A stretch of 61,359 bases of DNA, filler included. It is 3 parts of 3 records of this genome, joined end to end, with 100 filler letters (N's around TTAATTAATTAA, not from the genome) between each part and the next. Parts side by side here need not be neighbours in the genome. Positions count along the whole stretch, not along the records: positions 1 to 30,023 come from SRR20825019_1003; 2 more parts are not named here. One strand, 5' to 3'. Below the pieces are notes generated by a model, which worked only from the letters and a program-made list of their open reading frames with translations, was not told the origin of the DNA and made no database searches. Below are positions 9,641-21,204 of the stretch, one piece after another. Position numbers and translations under genes: made by a program. Each line of letters begins with the position of its first letter. Position 1 is the first letter of the stretch.

Positions 9641-12001
9641 ATGATTAGTAATTATTTCAAAATAGCTTATAGGAATCTCTTAAAATATAAGGGGTATACT
9701 TTTATCAATATTTTTGGTCTTGCCATAGGCATTACCTGTGCGAGCCTAATACTTTTATGGATTGAAGATGAAGTAAATTTTGATGAAGCTATTTCTGATA
9801 AAGAGTTGGTTTATGCAATTCCAACCAACCAAGAATATGATGGGGAAATTAGCACTTTCTTTCAAGCAACACCAGGACCTTTGGCGGCTGTTTTAAAAAC
9901 GGAAATACCTGAAATTGATAAGTCAGCTAGAAAACGTGATGTAAATTTTTTACTAAGTGTAGCAGAAAACGCTGTTAATAGCATTGGTAGTTATGCTGAT
10001 GAAGATCTAATTGATATTTTTGGACTTCAATTTATTGCGGGTATTAAAGAAGTTGCTTTTAAAAACCAAAAATCAATTGTAATAACAAATAAAATTGCAA
10101 CGATTCTATTTAATAATAGTAATGATGCAATTGGTAAGAATATACAGCTTGACAAAAAAGAAAGTTATACCGTTACTGGGGTTATAAAAGACTTTCCTGA
10201 TAATACTAGCTTTCCTTTTTCATGGATTATACCATTTAAAAACTTTACAGATGGTAAAGAATGGACAAATGGCTATGGCTCAAATTTTACAGATACTTTC
10301 GTAAAATTAAAAGCGGATGCAGTAGTTGAAAATGTAAATGAAAAAGTAAAAGCTATAATACCCGCAAAATCTGGTGACAACGATGTACAAGCTATTTTAT
10401 TTTCCGCCAAGGATTGGCATCTACGCGCTAATTTTGAAAATGGTAAAATTGTTGGTGGTCGTATTGATTATGTGCGTTTATTTAGTTTTATCGCTCTTAT
10501 AATCTTAATTATTGCTTGCATAAACTTTATGAATTTAGCAACTGCAAGAAGCGAAAAACGTGCAAGTGAAGTTGGAATGCGAAAAGCTTTAGGTTCTGGC
10601 AAAAAACAATTGATTTTTCAGTTTATGACGGAAGCTGTATTAACAGCCTTGCTAAGTGGTATCCTCAGTATTATATTTCTGATAATCTTAATCCCACAAT
10701 TTAATGCGCTGATAGGAAAAGATTTAAGTCTTTCATTTGCAAATCCATTTCATATTTTTCCAATACTTACAATAACACTAATATGTGGATTTATTTCGGG
10801 TATTTATCCAGCTTTTTATCTTTCTTCATTTAAACCAATTGAAGTATTAAAAGGGTCTAGAAAACAGACTGGTAACGCTTCTGTTACTAGAAAAAGCTTA
10901 GTGGTAATGCAGTTTTCAGTTTCAATTGTATTTATTATTTGCACCATACTCGTATTTCAACAAGTTCAACATGTGAAGAATAGAAATTTGGGTATGGATA
11001 AAGAAAATTTGATAGAAATTCCAGCTGCAAATGGTACTATTATTCAAAACTTCAATGCCATTGAGAATGAACTAAAATCTGCTGGATTAATTGAAAATGC
11101 TGGATTGTATAATTCACATATTTTGTCTGCAGGAAATAACACTTCTGGTGTACAATGGCAAGGAAAAGCTGAAGATCAGGATATTTTAATTTCATTTAGA
11201 ACTGTAACACCAAATTTTTTCGAAACAGTAGGTATGAAAATTAAAGAAGGGATTGGTTTTAGCAATTCTCAGGATACAGATAGCACAAAAGTTATGGTGT
11301 CAGAGTCTTTTGCTACACTAATGAACACCGACAATGTTGTGGGTAAAACAATCAATTGGAATGATCAAGTTTTTACAATTAGCGGTGTTGTAAATAATTA
11401 TTTATACGGTGATATGTATGGTAGCAGTGATCCCGTAATGTTTTTTCATCATCGTGAAGGGGCAGATTATATGTACATCAAACCTTCAGCAGGTGGAAAT
11501 ATTAGCGCAAAGCTTAATGCAATTGAAGCCGTATTTAAAAAACAAAATCCAGGTTTTCCTTTTACATACAGTTTTGTAGATGAATCTTTTAATGAACGTT
11601 TTAAAAATGAACAACTTGTAGAAGATTTATCTCAAATTTTCGCTGTATTGGCAATCATTATTTCATGTTTAGGTTTATTCGGGCTTTCAGCATATATGGC
11701 CGAACAACGCCGTAAAGAAATTGGAGTTAGAAAAGTATTAGGCGCTAGTATCTTGGGAATTATAAAACTGCTATCTAAAGACTTTTTAAAACTAGTATTT
11801 CTTGCAATAATAATATCAATACCTATTGCTTGGTATGTTATGAAAAATTGGCTTCAAGGGTATGCTTATAGAATTGAAATAAACTGGATTGTATTTTTCC
11901 TTGCAGGAATATTAGCAATTAGTATCGCACTAATAACAGTTAGTTTTCAAGCTATAAAAGCAGCAATTGCAAACCCAATAAAAAGCTTACGAACGGAATA
12001 A
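9641..12001 (+). CDS. ABC transporter permease (double MacB_PCD/FtsX)
   Basis: YFKIAYRNL start, IACINFMNL, EVGMRKALG, EIGVRKVLGA, C-terminal ANPIKSLRTE. Confidence 0.95.
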   Translation: MISNYFKIAYRNLLKYKGYTFINIFGLAIGITCASLILLWIEDEVNFDEAISDKELVYAIPTNQEYDGEISTFFQATPGPLAAVLKTEIPEIDKSARKRDVNFLLSVAENAVNSIGSYADEDLIDIFGLQFIAGIKEVAFKNQKSIVITNKIATILFNNSNDAIGKNIQLDKKESYTVTGVIKDFPDNTSFPFSWIIPFKNFTDGKEWTNGYGSNFTDTFVKLKADAVVENVNEKVKAIIPAKSGDNDVQAILFSAKDWHLRANFENGKIVGGRIDYVRLFSFIALIILIIACINFMNLATARSEKRASEVGMRKALGSGKKQLIFQFMTEAVLTALLSGILSIIFLIILIPQFNALIGKDLSLSFANPFHIFPILTITLICGFISGIYPAFYLSSFKPIEVLKGSRKQTGNASVTRKSLVVMQFSVSIVFIICTILVFQQVQHVKNRNLGMDKENLIEIPAANGTIIQNFNAIENELKSAGLIENAGLYNSHILSAGNNTSGVQWQGKAEDQDILISFRTVTPNFFETVGMKIKEGIGFSNSQDTDSTKVMVSESFATLMNTDNVVGKTINWNDQVFTISGVVNNYLYGDMYGSSDPVMFFHHREGADYMYIKPSAGGNISAKLNAIEAVFKKQNPGFPFTYSFVDESFNERFKNEQLVEDLSQIFAVLAIIISCLGLFGLSAYMAEQRRKEIGVRKVLGASILGIIKLLSKDFLKLVFLAIIISIPIAWYVMKNWLQGYAYRIEINWIVFFLAGILAISIALITVSFQAIKAAIANPIKSLRTE

Positions 12002-12057
12002 AAAAAGTGAGCAGTAGCAGCTTTCAGTAAAAAATAACAGCAATTAATCTTTTCAAA

Positions 12058-14457
12058 ATGATTAGTAATTATTTCAAAATAGCGTGGCGGAATATTCGCG
12101 CCAATAAACTTTTTACAGTATTAAATATTGCAGGGCTTGCCATTGGTATGTGTGTATGTATCATACTTTTTTCCTTTATAAACACAGAGCTTAGCTTTGA
12201 TAAGATGTATTCAAATTCAGAAAATATCTATCGGGTAAATATGGAGACTTCGGAAGAATACGATTTTGAAACTTGGGCAACAATTCCAAATGCTGTGGGA
12301 CCAGCATTGACGCAAGATATTTCGCAGGTAAAAAAAATGACGCGACTTATAAAAGACGACTTTGGAGCAACTGCTTCTTTAAAAATTGGAGATAATAACT
12401 TTACTGAAAATGGACTTTATTTAGCAGATTCGACAATTTTTGAAATGTTCGATTTCAAATTTATCACAGGAAATAGTGAAAATGTTTTCTCGAAACCAAA
12501 ATCAATAGTGCTTTCAGAGTCAGCAAAAGCGCGTTTGTTTGGCAATAAAGAGGCGGTGGGGCAACTTATTACTGTAAACAATCGGGACACTTTGCAAGTC
12601 TCTGGTGTGTATAAAAACTTGCCCAAAAATAGTGTTTTAGAATGCGATATGATTTATAACATTATGGATTCGTGGATGGGGACTAATGTGTATTGGAGCA
12701 ATGCTAGTTATGAAACTTACATTCAACTGCAAGCAAATGCAAATGCTAAAGATATTGAAAATCAAGCCAGCAGTTTAATTGATAAATATGTTGACAAAGA
12801 AGGTCAATATTTCACAAAATTTTTTCTGCAACCCTTTACTAAAATACACCTTTATTCAGCTGATGTTAGAGAAGGATATTCATCTAAACTCGGTAATATA
12901 ACTACGATTAAAAGCCTTCTTTTTCTTTCAATATTAGTGCTTTTCATTGCCTGTATTAATTATATGAATCTTGCAACAGCAAATTCTCGTAAACGTGCAA
13001 AAGGTATTGGAATGAACAAAGTTTTGGGGGCAAACAGACGCCAAATGCTATCACTATTTTATGTAGAAACGGGCATTTTAGTGCTTTTTTCAATAATAAT
13101 TGGGTACGCTTTATCTTTTATGGCACTTCCATTATTCGAAAGTATTACGGAAAATGAATTAGCCTTTAAAGATTTACTCGCTGCACCTATTTTAATTGGT
13201 TTGCTTGCAATTTGGTTTATGGTAACGCTAGTTGCTGGTAGTTATCCCGCTATTTCGATGTCAGGAATTTCGCCACTTATACTAGTGAATAAATCTAAGA
13301 AAAGAGATTCAGCTTCTGAATTTGTTCGAAAAGGTTTAGTTGTTTTTCAGTTTGCATCTTCTATCGTTTTGATTATTGCAGTCACCATTATTCTTCAGCA
13401 AATGGCATTTATAAAAAGTAAAAAATTAGGGTATGACCCTAATGGAGTTATTGCTATTTCGATTAAATCTGCCGAAAATAGACAACAAATTCAAAGTTTA
13501 AAAAAAGCATTAGAAAAGCAGATTGGTGTTGAAAGTGTTGCGGCAGTTCAGTCAATGCCAGGGGCAAATGAAAGTGGGCGTTCAGTTCGCAAACTAAGTA
13601 CTGATAACACAGGAATGCCGATAGCTAGTTGCCGTACCGATGGTGATGTTATTAAAACTCTTAAGCTAAAACTACTTGCAGGGAGTGAACTTCCGCAAAC
13701 CCTTGCAACTGGCGATTCAGTAATCTACACCTTAATAAATGAGAGAATACTAAACTACCTAGGCTACCAAAACGCGAATGATGCTGTGGGTAAATTGATT
13801 AATACTGAACTTGGCGATAAATCTATAATAACGGGGGTAGTAGAGAATTTTAATTTCAATTCGCTTAAAGAGGATATTGGAGGCTATATGTATTATAAGT
13901 CAACAAGTGCTCCAGAAGGTATTCGGACGCTTTTGGTACGCTATAATACCCAAAATCTGCCTCAGTTTATGGAGCATTTGCAAAAAACTTTTACAGGTAA
14001 CCTACCAAACACAGCTTTCGATTATCAGTTTGTTGACAAACAAGTGGCACATTTATATGCTTCTGAAGAGAAAACAGCGAATACTGCAACCATTTTTTCG
14101 GGCTTGGCCATTTTTATAGCCTGTTTAGGCTTGTTTGGTTTAGCCGCTTTCACCGCTGAGGAGCGTACCAAGGAAATTGGCGTACGAAAAGTTTTAGGAG
14201 CTACTGTTGCAGGAATAACTCAGCTATTGTCAAAAGACTTTTTAAAATTGGTATTGATAGCATTTGTAATCGCTGCACCCATAGGTTATTGGTTAATGCG
14301 TAAATGGTTACTGGATTTTGCATACCGAACAGAAATTAATTGGTGGGTGTTTGCTTTTGCCGGAATAGCAGCAGTTTGTATTGCTCTTGTAACCGTGAGT
14401 TTTCAGGCAATTAAAGCAGCCATCGCCAATCCAGTAAAAAGTTTAAGAACGGAATAG
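12058..14457 (+). CDS. ABC transporter permease (double MacB_PCD/FtsX), paralog 2
   Basis: Same motifs; ends ANPVKSLRTE. Confidence 0.95.
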   Translation: MISNYFKIAWRNIRANKLFTVLNIAGLAIGMCVCIILFSFINTELSFDKMYSNSENIYRVNMETSEEYDFETWATIPNAVGPALTQDISQVKKMTRLIKDDFGATASLKIGDNNFTENGLYLADSTIFEMFDFKFITGNSENVFSKPKSIVLSESAKARLFGNKEAVGQLITVNNRDTLQVSGVYKNLPKNSVLECDMIYNIMDSWMGTNVYWSNASYETYIQLQANANAKDIENQASSLIDKYVDKEGQYFTKFFLQPFTKIHLYSADVREGYSSKLGNITTIKSLLFLSILVLFIACINYMNLATANSRKRAKGIGMNKVLGANRRQMLSLFYVETGILVLFSIIIGYALSFMALPLFESITENELAFKDLLAAPILIGLLAIWFMVTLVAGSYPAISMSGISPLILVNKSKKRDSASEFVRKGLVVFQFASSIVLIIAVTIILQQMAFIKSKKLGYDPNGVIAISIKSAENRQQIQSLKKALEKQIGVESVAAVQSMPGANESGRSVRKLSTDNTGMPIASCRTDGDVIKTLKLKLLAGSELPQTLATGDSVIYTLINERILNYLGYQNANDAVGKLINTELGDKSIITGVVENFNFNSLKEDIGGYMYYKSTSAPEGIRTLLVRYNTQNLPQFMEHLQKTFTGNLPNTAFDYQFVDKQVAHLYASEEKTANTATIFSGLAIFIACLGLFGLAAFTAEERTKEIGVRKVLGATVAGITQLLSKDFLKLVLIAFVIAAPIGYWLMRKWLLDFAYRTEINWWVFAFAGIAAVCIALVTVSFQAIKAAIANPVKSLRTE

Positions 14458-14508
14458 AATAGGGAAGTAGGGAATGTTTCAGCTACTAAAGTAAAACACT
14501 AAAATAAT

Positions 14509-16929
14509 ATGATTAGGAATTATATAAAAATCGCTTTACGAAATCTTTGGAAGGATAGAACTTTTACAGCGCTAAACATCGTTGGTCTAACGGCTGCTTT
14601 TGGAGTTGCTTTTTTATTGTGCATGTATGCCTTTTTTGAACTTTCTTATGATAAATTTCATAAGAATATTGGTTCTATTTATCAAATTTATACAAACGAG
14701 CAAACTAGTAAAGGGGTGGAATCTAGTGAGGCCAACCCAATACCTTTCGCTGAAGCATTAAAAGAAGAAGTGCCAGGTGTTGAAAAAATCACGAGGTATG
14801 TTACAGGTGGGCCACTACTTACTTACAACGGGAATACGTTTAGATTTGGTACCGCTTGGGCTGACCCAGCATTTTTTGAAATCTTTTCATTTCCAATTGC
14901 CGAAGGAGATGCTGTTAACCCACTTTCAAATAAGTTTTCAATTGTATTGTCTAAAAAAACTGCTGCGGCCATGTTTGGAAAAGACCCTGCTCTTGGTAAA
15001 ACCATTAGTATTCAAATGAATGGTGAAGAAGTTCCTGTTACTGTTACTGCAATTATTGAAGATATTCCCGCGGCAAGTAGTATTAATTTTGGCGCACTTC
15101 TAAATTTTAAAAACTTACCAGATGGTTTTTATGCTGATAATATAGACCGTTGGGATGCCCATAACCATCCTGTTTATATGAAATTAGCATCAGGGATTAG
15201 TCCAGCACAATTTGAAAAGGCTACAAAAGATTTTTCTTCACTGCATTTTGCAGACGAAATTGTAAATGCAAAGCGTGACGGGGCACAACCAAATGCGGAG
15301 GGTAATTTCAGACAGATAAAATTGCTTCCTGTAGAAAACCAGAGCTTTGTAGTTATCAAAGACGGGCTACTTTCTGTAAGTAAAACCCTTCAATATATTG
15401 TCCTAGCTATTGCGTTTCTTATTCTTTTTATAGCTAGTGTGAATTTTATAAATATGAGTCTTGCAAAAAGCGCGCAACGTCTTCGTGAAGTAGGGATGCG
15501 CAAAACCTTGGGTGCTGGAAAATCACAATTATTTTTTCAATTTTGGGGTGAAAGCATCCTGGTATTTATGCTTGCAGTAGCTCTGGGTGGATTACTTGCA
15601 TTTTCATTATTAAAACCTTTTCAAACACTATTCGATACACGGGCTTCTTTTATTTCTATATCCAATCCCTTAATGATTTTTAGTGCAATCATTTCTATAT
15701 TATTAATCACACTAATTGCAGGCGGTTACCCTGCACTTTTAATGAGCAGACTAGGCACATTGCAGGGATTAAAAGGAAAATTGGAGGTGAATGGAAAAAA
15801 CAGACTCAGAAATGTTTTGATGGTAATACAGTTTAGTATTGCTATTATTTTAATCAGTGGTACTTTGGTTTTATGGCAACAATTGGACTATTTACGAAAT
15901 AAAGATCTTGGTTTTAATAAAGAACAGGTTCTTTCATTTCCTTTAAATACAAAGCAGAATCGCAACAATATACTTCAATTACTTCGAAACGAACTTGCAG
16001 CAAACCCAGATATATTAAGTGTAAGCGCTTCCGATAATGTTTTAGGATTGGGTAGAGATGGATCTAATAGTACATCTGTGCTGGGTTTTGATTATAAAAA
16101 TAGGGAAGTGTCCACAAACATGCTTTGGGTTGATTATGATTATATCGAAACCTTAGACATTAAATTGTTAAATGGAAGAAATTTTAATAGAAGCCATCCA
16201 GCTGATAGTCTAAGTGTTTTAATTAATGAAGCGATGGTTAAGGAACTTGGTGAGGAAAACCCAGTAGGTCTTCGTTTCTTTTTGGCCGATTCTATTCAGT
16301 ATTCAGTTATTGGTGTTGTAAAGGATTTTAATTTCCAAGAATTGGATAAAGGGGTGGAGTCTATTACTTTTTTTATGGATGGCAATGCTCCTATGCGGTA
16401 TGCTTATGTTAAGGTAGCACCAGCAAATCTTTCGCAAACATATGAAGCCGTAAAAAAAGTTTGGAATAAAATTGAACCAGACACCCAGTTTTTAGGTTCC
16501 TATTTAGATGAAAATATAGACAGAACCTTGAACAAGGAACGCACAATGACTACTATGATTTCGAGTGGTTCCATTTTAGCAATTATTTTAAGTTGCATCG
16601 GACTTTTTGCAATTTCATTATTGGTTGTTTCACAAAGGAGAAAAGAGATTGGTATTCGAAAAGTAGTTGGCGCCAGTGTAACAACCATTACTGTTTTGTT
16701 GGCTAAAGACTTCCTAAAACTGGTGGGAATTTCTTTTATAATCGCTACGCCTATTGCTTGGTATGCCACTTCACAATGGCTTCAAAACTATGTGTATCGC
16801 ATTGAATTGAATATTTGGATTTTCTTGGTTGCAGGAATATTAGCTTTAATAATAGCAGTTTTAACTATTAGTTTCCGCACCATCCAGGCTGCATTGAAAA
16901 ACCCAGTGGAGAGTTTAAAAACGGAATAA
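14509..16929 (+). CDS. ABC transporter permease (double MacB_PCD/FtsX), paralog 3
   Basis: Same motifs; ends KNPVESLKTE. Confidence 0.95.
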   Translation: MIRNYIKIALRNLWKDRTFTALNIVGLTAAFGVAFLLCMYAFFELSYDKFHKNIGSIYQIYTNEQTSKGVESSEANPIPFAEALKEEVPGVEKITRYVTGGPLLTYNGNTFRFGTAWADPAFFEIFSFPIAEGDAVNPLSNKFSIVLSKKTAAAMFGKDPALGKTISIQMNGEEVPVTVTAIIEDIPAASSINFGALLNFKNLPDGFYADNIDRWDAHNHPVYMKLASGISPAQFEKATKDFSSLHFADEIVNAKRDGAQPNAEGNFRQIKLLPVENQSFVVIKDGLLSVSKTLQYIVLAIAFLILFIASVNFINMSLAKSAQRLREVGMRKTLGAGKSQLFFQFWGESILVFMLAVALGGLLAFSLLKPFQTLFDTRASFISISNPLMIFSAIISILLITLIAGGYPALLMSRLGTLQGLKGKLEVNGKNRLRNVLMVIQFSIAIILISGTLVLWQQLDYLRNKDLGFNKEQVLSFPLNTKQNRNNILQLLRNELAANPDILSVSASDNVLGLGRDGSNSTSVLGFDYKNREVSTNMLWVDYDYIETLDIKLLNGRNFNRSHPADSLSVLINEAMVKELGEENPVGLRFFLADSIQYSVIGVVKDFNFQELDKGVESITFFMDGNAPMRYAYVKVAPANLSQTYEAVKKVWNKIEPDTQFLGSYLDENIDRTLNKERTMTTMISSGSILAIILSCIGLFAISLLVVSQRRKEIGIRKVVGASVTTITVLLAKDFLKLVGISFIIATPIAWYATSQWLQNYVYRIELNIWIFLVAGILALIIAVLTISFRTIQAALKNPVESLKTE

Positions 16930-16949
16930 TACTAAAAGAAATAAAAATT

Positions 16950-17618
16950 ATGCTACTAGAATTAAACAACATCTTCAAATGTGTAATCCAAGGTGGAAAT
17001 CGAATTTTTCTATTGAAAGATATAAATCTGAAAGTTGAAGAAGGCGAGTTTATTTCAATTATGGGACCATCTGGTTCTGGGAAATCAACACTACTAAATG
17101 TTATAGGGATGCTCGATGGTTTTCAGGAAAGAGAATATAATTTTTTAGGTGAACCTGTTCATGCTATGAAAGATAAAAACCGTTCAAAATTGTATAAAGA
17201 ATATATAGGTTTTGTTTTTCAAGCGTATCATTTGATAGATGAACTTACGGTTTATGAAAATATTGAGACCCCACTTCTATACAAAAATGTAAAATCTTCC
17301 GAACGAAAAGCACTGGTAGCTGATATTTTAGACAGGTTTAACATTGTAGGTAAAAAAGATCTTTTTCCGAGTCAGTTGAGTGGTGGGCAGCAGCAATTAG
17401 TAGGTATAGCGCGAGCCTTAATTGCAAAACCAAAACTTATTTTAGCGGATGAACCTACTGGAAATCTCAATTCAAAACAAAGTGAGGAAATTATGCAACT
17501 TTTTAAAGAGCTTAATTATGAAGGGGTTACCATTATTCAAGCGACCCATTCAGAAGCCAATGCGGCTTATGGTTCACGAACGCTGCATCTTTTAGATGGA
17601 GGTCGAAATAATATTTAA
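16950..17618 (+). CDS. Second ABC transporter ATP-binding protein
   Basis: [24 protein letters not shown]. Confidence 0.95.
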   Translation: MLLELNNIFKCVIQGGNRIFLLKDINLKVEEGEFISIMGPSGSGKSTLLNVIGMLDGFQEREYNFLGEPVHAMKDKNRSKLYKEYIGFVFQAYHLIDELTVYENIETPLLYKNVKSSERKALVADILDRFNIVGKKDLFPSQLSGGQQQLVGIARALIAKPKLILADEPTGNLNSKQSEEIMQLFKELNYEGVTIIQATHSEANAAYGSRTLHLLDGGRNNI

Positions 17619-17635
17619 TTCAACTTTTCAAAATC

Positions 17636-19051
17636 ATGAAATATAAAATCGTTTTCATTTTCTTTTTATGTCTTCCTTTTTTTGTTTTTTCTCAAAATGA
17701 AGAAAGAACCGTGCTCACGCTGGAAGAATGTATTGATGTAGCATTAAAAAATAACTTGGATTTAAAGCAATCACTTTTAGCCGAAAAAACAAGTGATATT
17801 TACTTCAAGCAAAATAAAAATGCACTGCTACCAACAATAAATGGCAGTTACAATTTGGGAATCTCAAACGGCCGTAGCATTGATCCTTTTACAAATGCTT
17901 TTGTAAACGAACAACTTACATTCTCTAATGCTGGATTGGGGCTGGATGCTACTATTTTTAATGGATTTAGACTTCTAAATAGCTGGAAACAGGCAAAATT
18001 AAACCTAGAAGCAACTGAAATGGAAACAGAGACTGCTAAACAAACCTTGATTTTAAATGTAACGTTGAGTTATCTTCAAATTTTGAATTTACAGGATTTA
18101 GTAAAACTGGCTAAGGCAAGTGTTGCAACCACTCAGGTGCAATTGGATAGGCTTAAAGCGCTTTATGAAGAAGAAACAGGAAACCCTGCTGAATTCAGAG
18201 ATTTGCAAGGACAAATGGCTGCAGCTGCTTCAAGTTTAGTGGAAAGTGAAAATATGCTTGAAACAGAAATTTTAACAATGAAGACCTTATTAAATTCAGA
18301 TAAGGAGATTACAGTTGCTTCTCTAAATCAAAAATTAGAAATTGAAGAATACCCATATACTGCAAGTGAAATTTATTTACAAGCTCTGGAAGTATTTCCT
18401 TCGATTAAAGCTAGCAATTTAAGCCTAAAAGCTGCGGAAAAAGGGGTAGCTGTGGCTCGTGCTCAATACATTCCCGAAATAAGTCTTTTTGCAAATCTAA
18501 ACACAAATTATTCTAGTGCAGCACGTCTTTTTAATGAAACAGGAACAAGTATTATGGAGACAGGCGATTTTGTAACAATTGGCAATCAAGATTTTAAAGT
18601 AATGACGGACCAATCAAATTTTAGGAGTGAAGAAATTTCATATAACGACCAATTTGATAATAACCTTAATTCTTCAATTGGAGTAGCAGTTACTGTTCCT
18701 ATTTTTAATGGTTTTAGAGCAAAGAATACTGTTGCATTAGAAAAAATTAAAAAAGAAGAAGCACAAACTGCCTTAGAGAAAACAAAGCGCGACCTTCATC
18801 AAGCAGTTAAACAATCTTATAATATAATGAAAACTTCTTTTGAACGCTACAAGCTACTGCAAGCACAAGTAGAAGCTTATAGGGAGTCTTTTCGCATTAA
18901 TGAGATTCGTTTTAACAATGGGGTATCCAACAGTGTTGAATACATTATAAGTAAAAACAATTTGGAAAACGCGCAGATTAATTTGGCTAATGTGGGGTAT
19001 GAGTACCTGCTTAGAATAAAGGTTTTAGAATTTTACCGCGGAAATATTTGA
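17636..19051 (+). CDS. TolC-family outer membrane channel
   Basis: Signal peptide, LTLEECIDVALKNN, two repeats ending in IFNGF, RFNNGV. Confidence 0.93.
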   Translation: MKYKIVFIFFLCLPFFVFSQNEERTVLTLEECIDVALKNNLDLKQSLLAEKTSDIYFKQNKNALLPTINGSYNLGISNGRSIDPFTNAFVNEQLTFSNAGLGLDATIFNGFRLLNSWKQAKLNLEATEMETETAKQTLILNVTLSYLQILNLQDLVKLAKASVATTQVQLDRLKALYEEETGNPAEFRDLQGQMAAAASSLVESENMLETEILTMKTLLNSDKEITVASLNQKLEIEEYPYTASEIYLQALEVFPSIKASNLSLKAAEKGVAVARAQYIPEISLFANLNTNYSSAARLFNETGTSIMETGDFVTIGNQDFKVMTDQSNFRSEEISYNDQFDNNLNSSIGVAVTVPIFNGFRAKNTVALEKIKKEEAQTALEKTKRDLHQAVKQSYNIMKTSFERYKLLQAQVEAYRESFRINEIRFNNGVSNSVEYIISKNNLENAQINLANVGYEYLLRIKVLEFYRGNI

Positions 19052-19135
19052 ATTACATATAAAGCTTCAAAAGATATTATAAGTTTATTTAATGTAAAAT
19101 AATAACTTTATTTTACTGAATAGACACTCAAAAAT

Positions 19136-19172
19136 AAAAATCCCCGTCATCATTACGATAACGGGGATTTTT
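19136..19172 (+). terminator. Intrinsic terminator of the export operon
   Basis: AAAAATCCCCGT…ACGGGGATTTTT. Confidence 0.8.
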
Positions 19173-19487
19173 GCATAAAAAAGGAATTACTTATTTTTTA
19201 TATAATGGCTATTATTAAAAGTATCCAACTATATCATTCATCAACTTTTAAATAAATAGTATACTCATTGAATATGTAAAGCTTTGTAGCTTAATAACAG
19301 TGGTTTTAAAAGAAGATTCAGGATAAAATTATACATATTAACGATATTATTTGCTTTATACCGACTTTAAGTGTTATATTTCGTATTATGTCTTTAAAAA
19401 AAATGGTTGTGATTTTGATAATTACACATAAATATATGCTAGATATCAGTTAGTTATAATCGTTTTAGAATATAATGAAACGAACCA

Positions 19488-19862
19488 ATGAATACATTAA
19501 AAAATAGCTATATAGATATAGGTCCATTAATGGAAGAAGTAGAAGGAAATTCGACCATTTGTAAGATGCTTATTGAGTCATTCATTAAGGATATTGATGT
19601 GTACGTAAATACTATGAATAGCGAATTGAAAACTAATAACTTCCCTGCATTATATCAAGTGACTCATAAAATAATACCAAGTATAAGGATTTTTAACATT
19701 GTTAAATTAGAGCCTATCATTATAAGATTGGAATCTAAATTAAAAAATCAAGAGGAATTGGAATGTATTAACGAAGACATTAATACTAGTGTTGAAATTT
19801 TTAATAAGGTTAAAACGGAATTATTAAGCGAACTTAAATCAATTGAAAATGCAGCGTCATAA
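19488..19862 (+). CDS. Stand-alone Hpt (histidine phosphotransfer) protein
   Basis: About 120-aa helical protein with VTHKIIPSI (H-K-x-x-P-S Hpt motif). Confidence 0.75.
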   Translation: MNTLKNSYIDIGPLMEEVEGNSTICKMLIESFIKDIDVYVNTMNSELKTNNFPALYQVTHKIIPSIRIFNIVKLEPIIIRLESKLKNQEELECINEDINTSVEIFNKVKTELLSELKSIENAAS

Positions 19863-20235
19863 AATAGTTTTAGCTGAAGATAACTCAACCTTATCGTTAC
19901 TATTAAAGTATAGGTTAGAAAAAGAAGGTTTTGAAATTTTAATTGCAGCCGATGGTAAAAGTGCTGTTGAATTGGTAGAAAATCACAATCCAGATTTGGT
20001 TTTAACTGATATTATGATGCCTTTTTATAGCGGTCTTGAAGTAATAAGCCATATTAGAAACAAATTAAAAAAAGAAACACCTGTTATCATATTTTCTTCT
20101 GCAGGACAGGAAGAAATGGTTTTAAAAGCCTTTAGCTTAGGAGCCAGCGATTTTATGACGAAACCATTTAGTCCTAATGAATTAGTTATTAGAGTTAAAA
20201 GATTATTTAGTGTGAAAAAAAACCACTTTTCGTGA
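19849..20235 (+). CDS. Single-domain response regulator
   Basis: LAEDN, LTDIMMP, SGLE, KPFSP; no output domain; ATG at 19849. Confidence 0.92.
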   Translation: MQRHKIVLAEDNSTLSLLLKYRLEKEGFEILIAADGKSAVELVENHNPDLVLTDIMMPFYSGLEVISHIRNKLKKETPVIIFSSAGQEEMVLKAFSLGASDFMTKPFSPNELVIRVKRLFSVKKNHFS

Positions 20236-21143
20236 ATATATACCAACAATTATTGGAGTCTTTCGGTGAAGCATCATTTTTAATACAATTTGCAATTATG
20301 GTGGTTATTGTCATGATTATAACCATCATCATACTAATAATAAGTTTAAAAATCATACGCTCTTTTTTAAATATAAAAGACAAAGAAATTTTAAGTTATA
20401 AAAAAGAATACGAGGCATTAATAATAGAGTATTTATTTTCTGGAGTTGAAGTAGGAGCATTCAGCGATAAGCAGCAATCAATTATTCTTAAAATCAAGGA
20501 GGATATTAAAATAACTCCAAGACGAAAAAGTGTTATTACGGTTTTAAGCAATTTAATGAATGAAGTTTCTGGTGAAATGTCTGAAGCTATTCAAACATTA
20601 TATTATAAAACTGGACTTATTAATTATGCTAAAGATCGATTGAAAAGTAAAAAATGGCATTTGACTGCTAAAGCTATTGGAGAGTTAAGACGTTTCAAAA
20701 TACAAGAAGCTCAAGATGAAATTTCAGAATATATCAATCACCCACGTATCGAAGTAAGGAAAGAAGCACAATTGTATTTAGTGCATTTGTTTAAGTTTAA
20801 AGGACTTAATTTTTTAGACGATTTGGAACAACCCTTATCAGAATGGCATCAATTACAACTACTTGAAGCGTTACTAAATATAGAAAATCAACAAATTTGC
20901 GATTTAAAACCTTGGCTAAAATCATCAAATGTAAGCGTTGTTTTATTTGCATTAAAATTGGTTAAAATTTACAATCAATTTCAGTTAAAAGATATACTTA
21001 TTGAGTTACTCTCTCATCATGACTTAGAAGTAAGGCAATATGCTAAAGTTGTGCAAAATAAATTGTTTGGTTATGAGACAGGAGAATTACCAAAGTTAAA
21101 TTTTAGTAATTCAAAAAATGAAAATCAAATCGGACTTGTTTAA
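20232..21143 (+). CDS. Membrane-anchored HEAT-repeat protein
   Basis: One N-terminal TM helix, then helical repeats (LKSKKWHLTAKAIGEL, HPRIEVRKEA, SSNVSVVLFA, HHDLEVRQYA); GTGA overlap with the upstream gene. Confidence 0.8.
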   Translation: MNIYQQLLESFGEASFLIQFAIMVVIVMIITIIILIISLKIIRSFLNIKDKEILSYKKEYEALIIEYLFSGVEVGAFSDKQQSIILKIKEDIKITPRRKSVITVLSNLMNEVSGEMSEAIQTLYYKTGLINYAKDRLKSKKWHLTAKAIGELRRFKIQEAQDEISEYINHPRIEVRKEAQLYLVHLFKFKGLNFLDDLEQPLSEWHQLQLLEALLNIENQQICDLKPWLKSSNVSVVLFALKLVKIYNQFQLKDILIELLSHHDLEVRQYAKVVQNKLFGYETGELPKLNFSNSKNENQIGLV

Positions 21144-21204
21144 AATTATTTTTGGATAGAAAGGTTTTTTTTAAATCCAGCTATTAAAAAGTTAATATAT
21201 AAAA

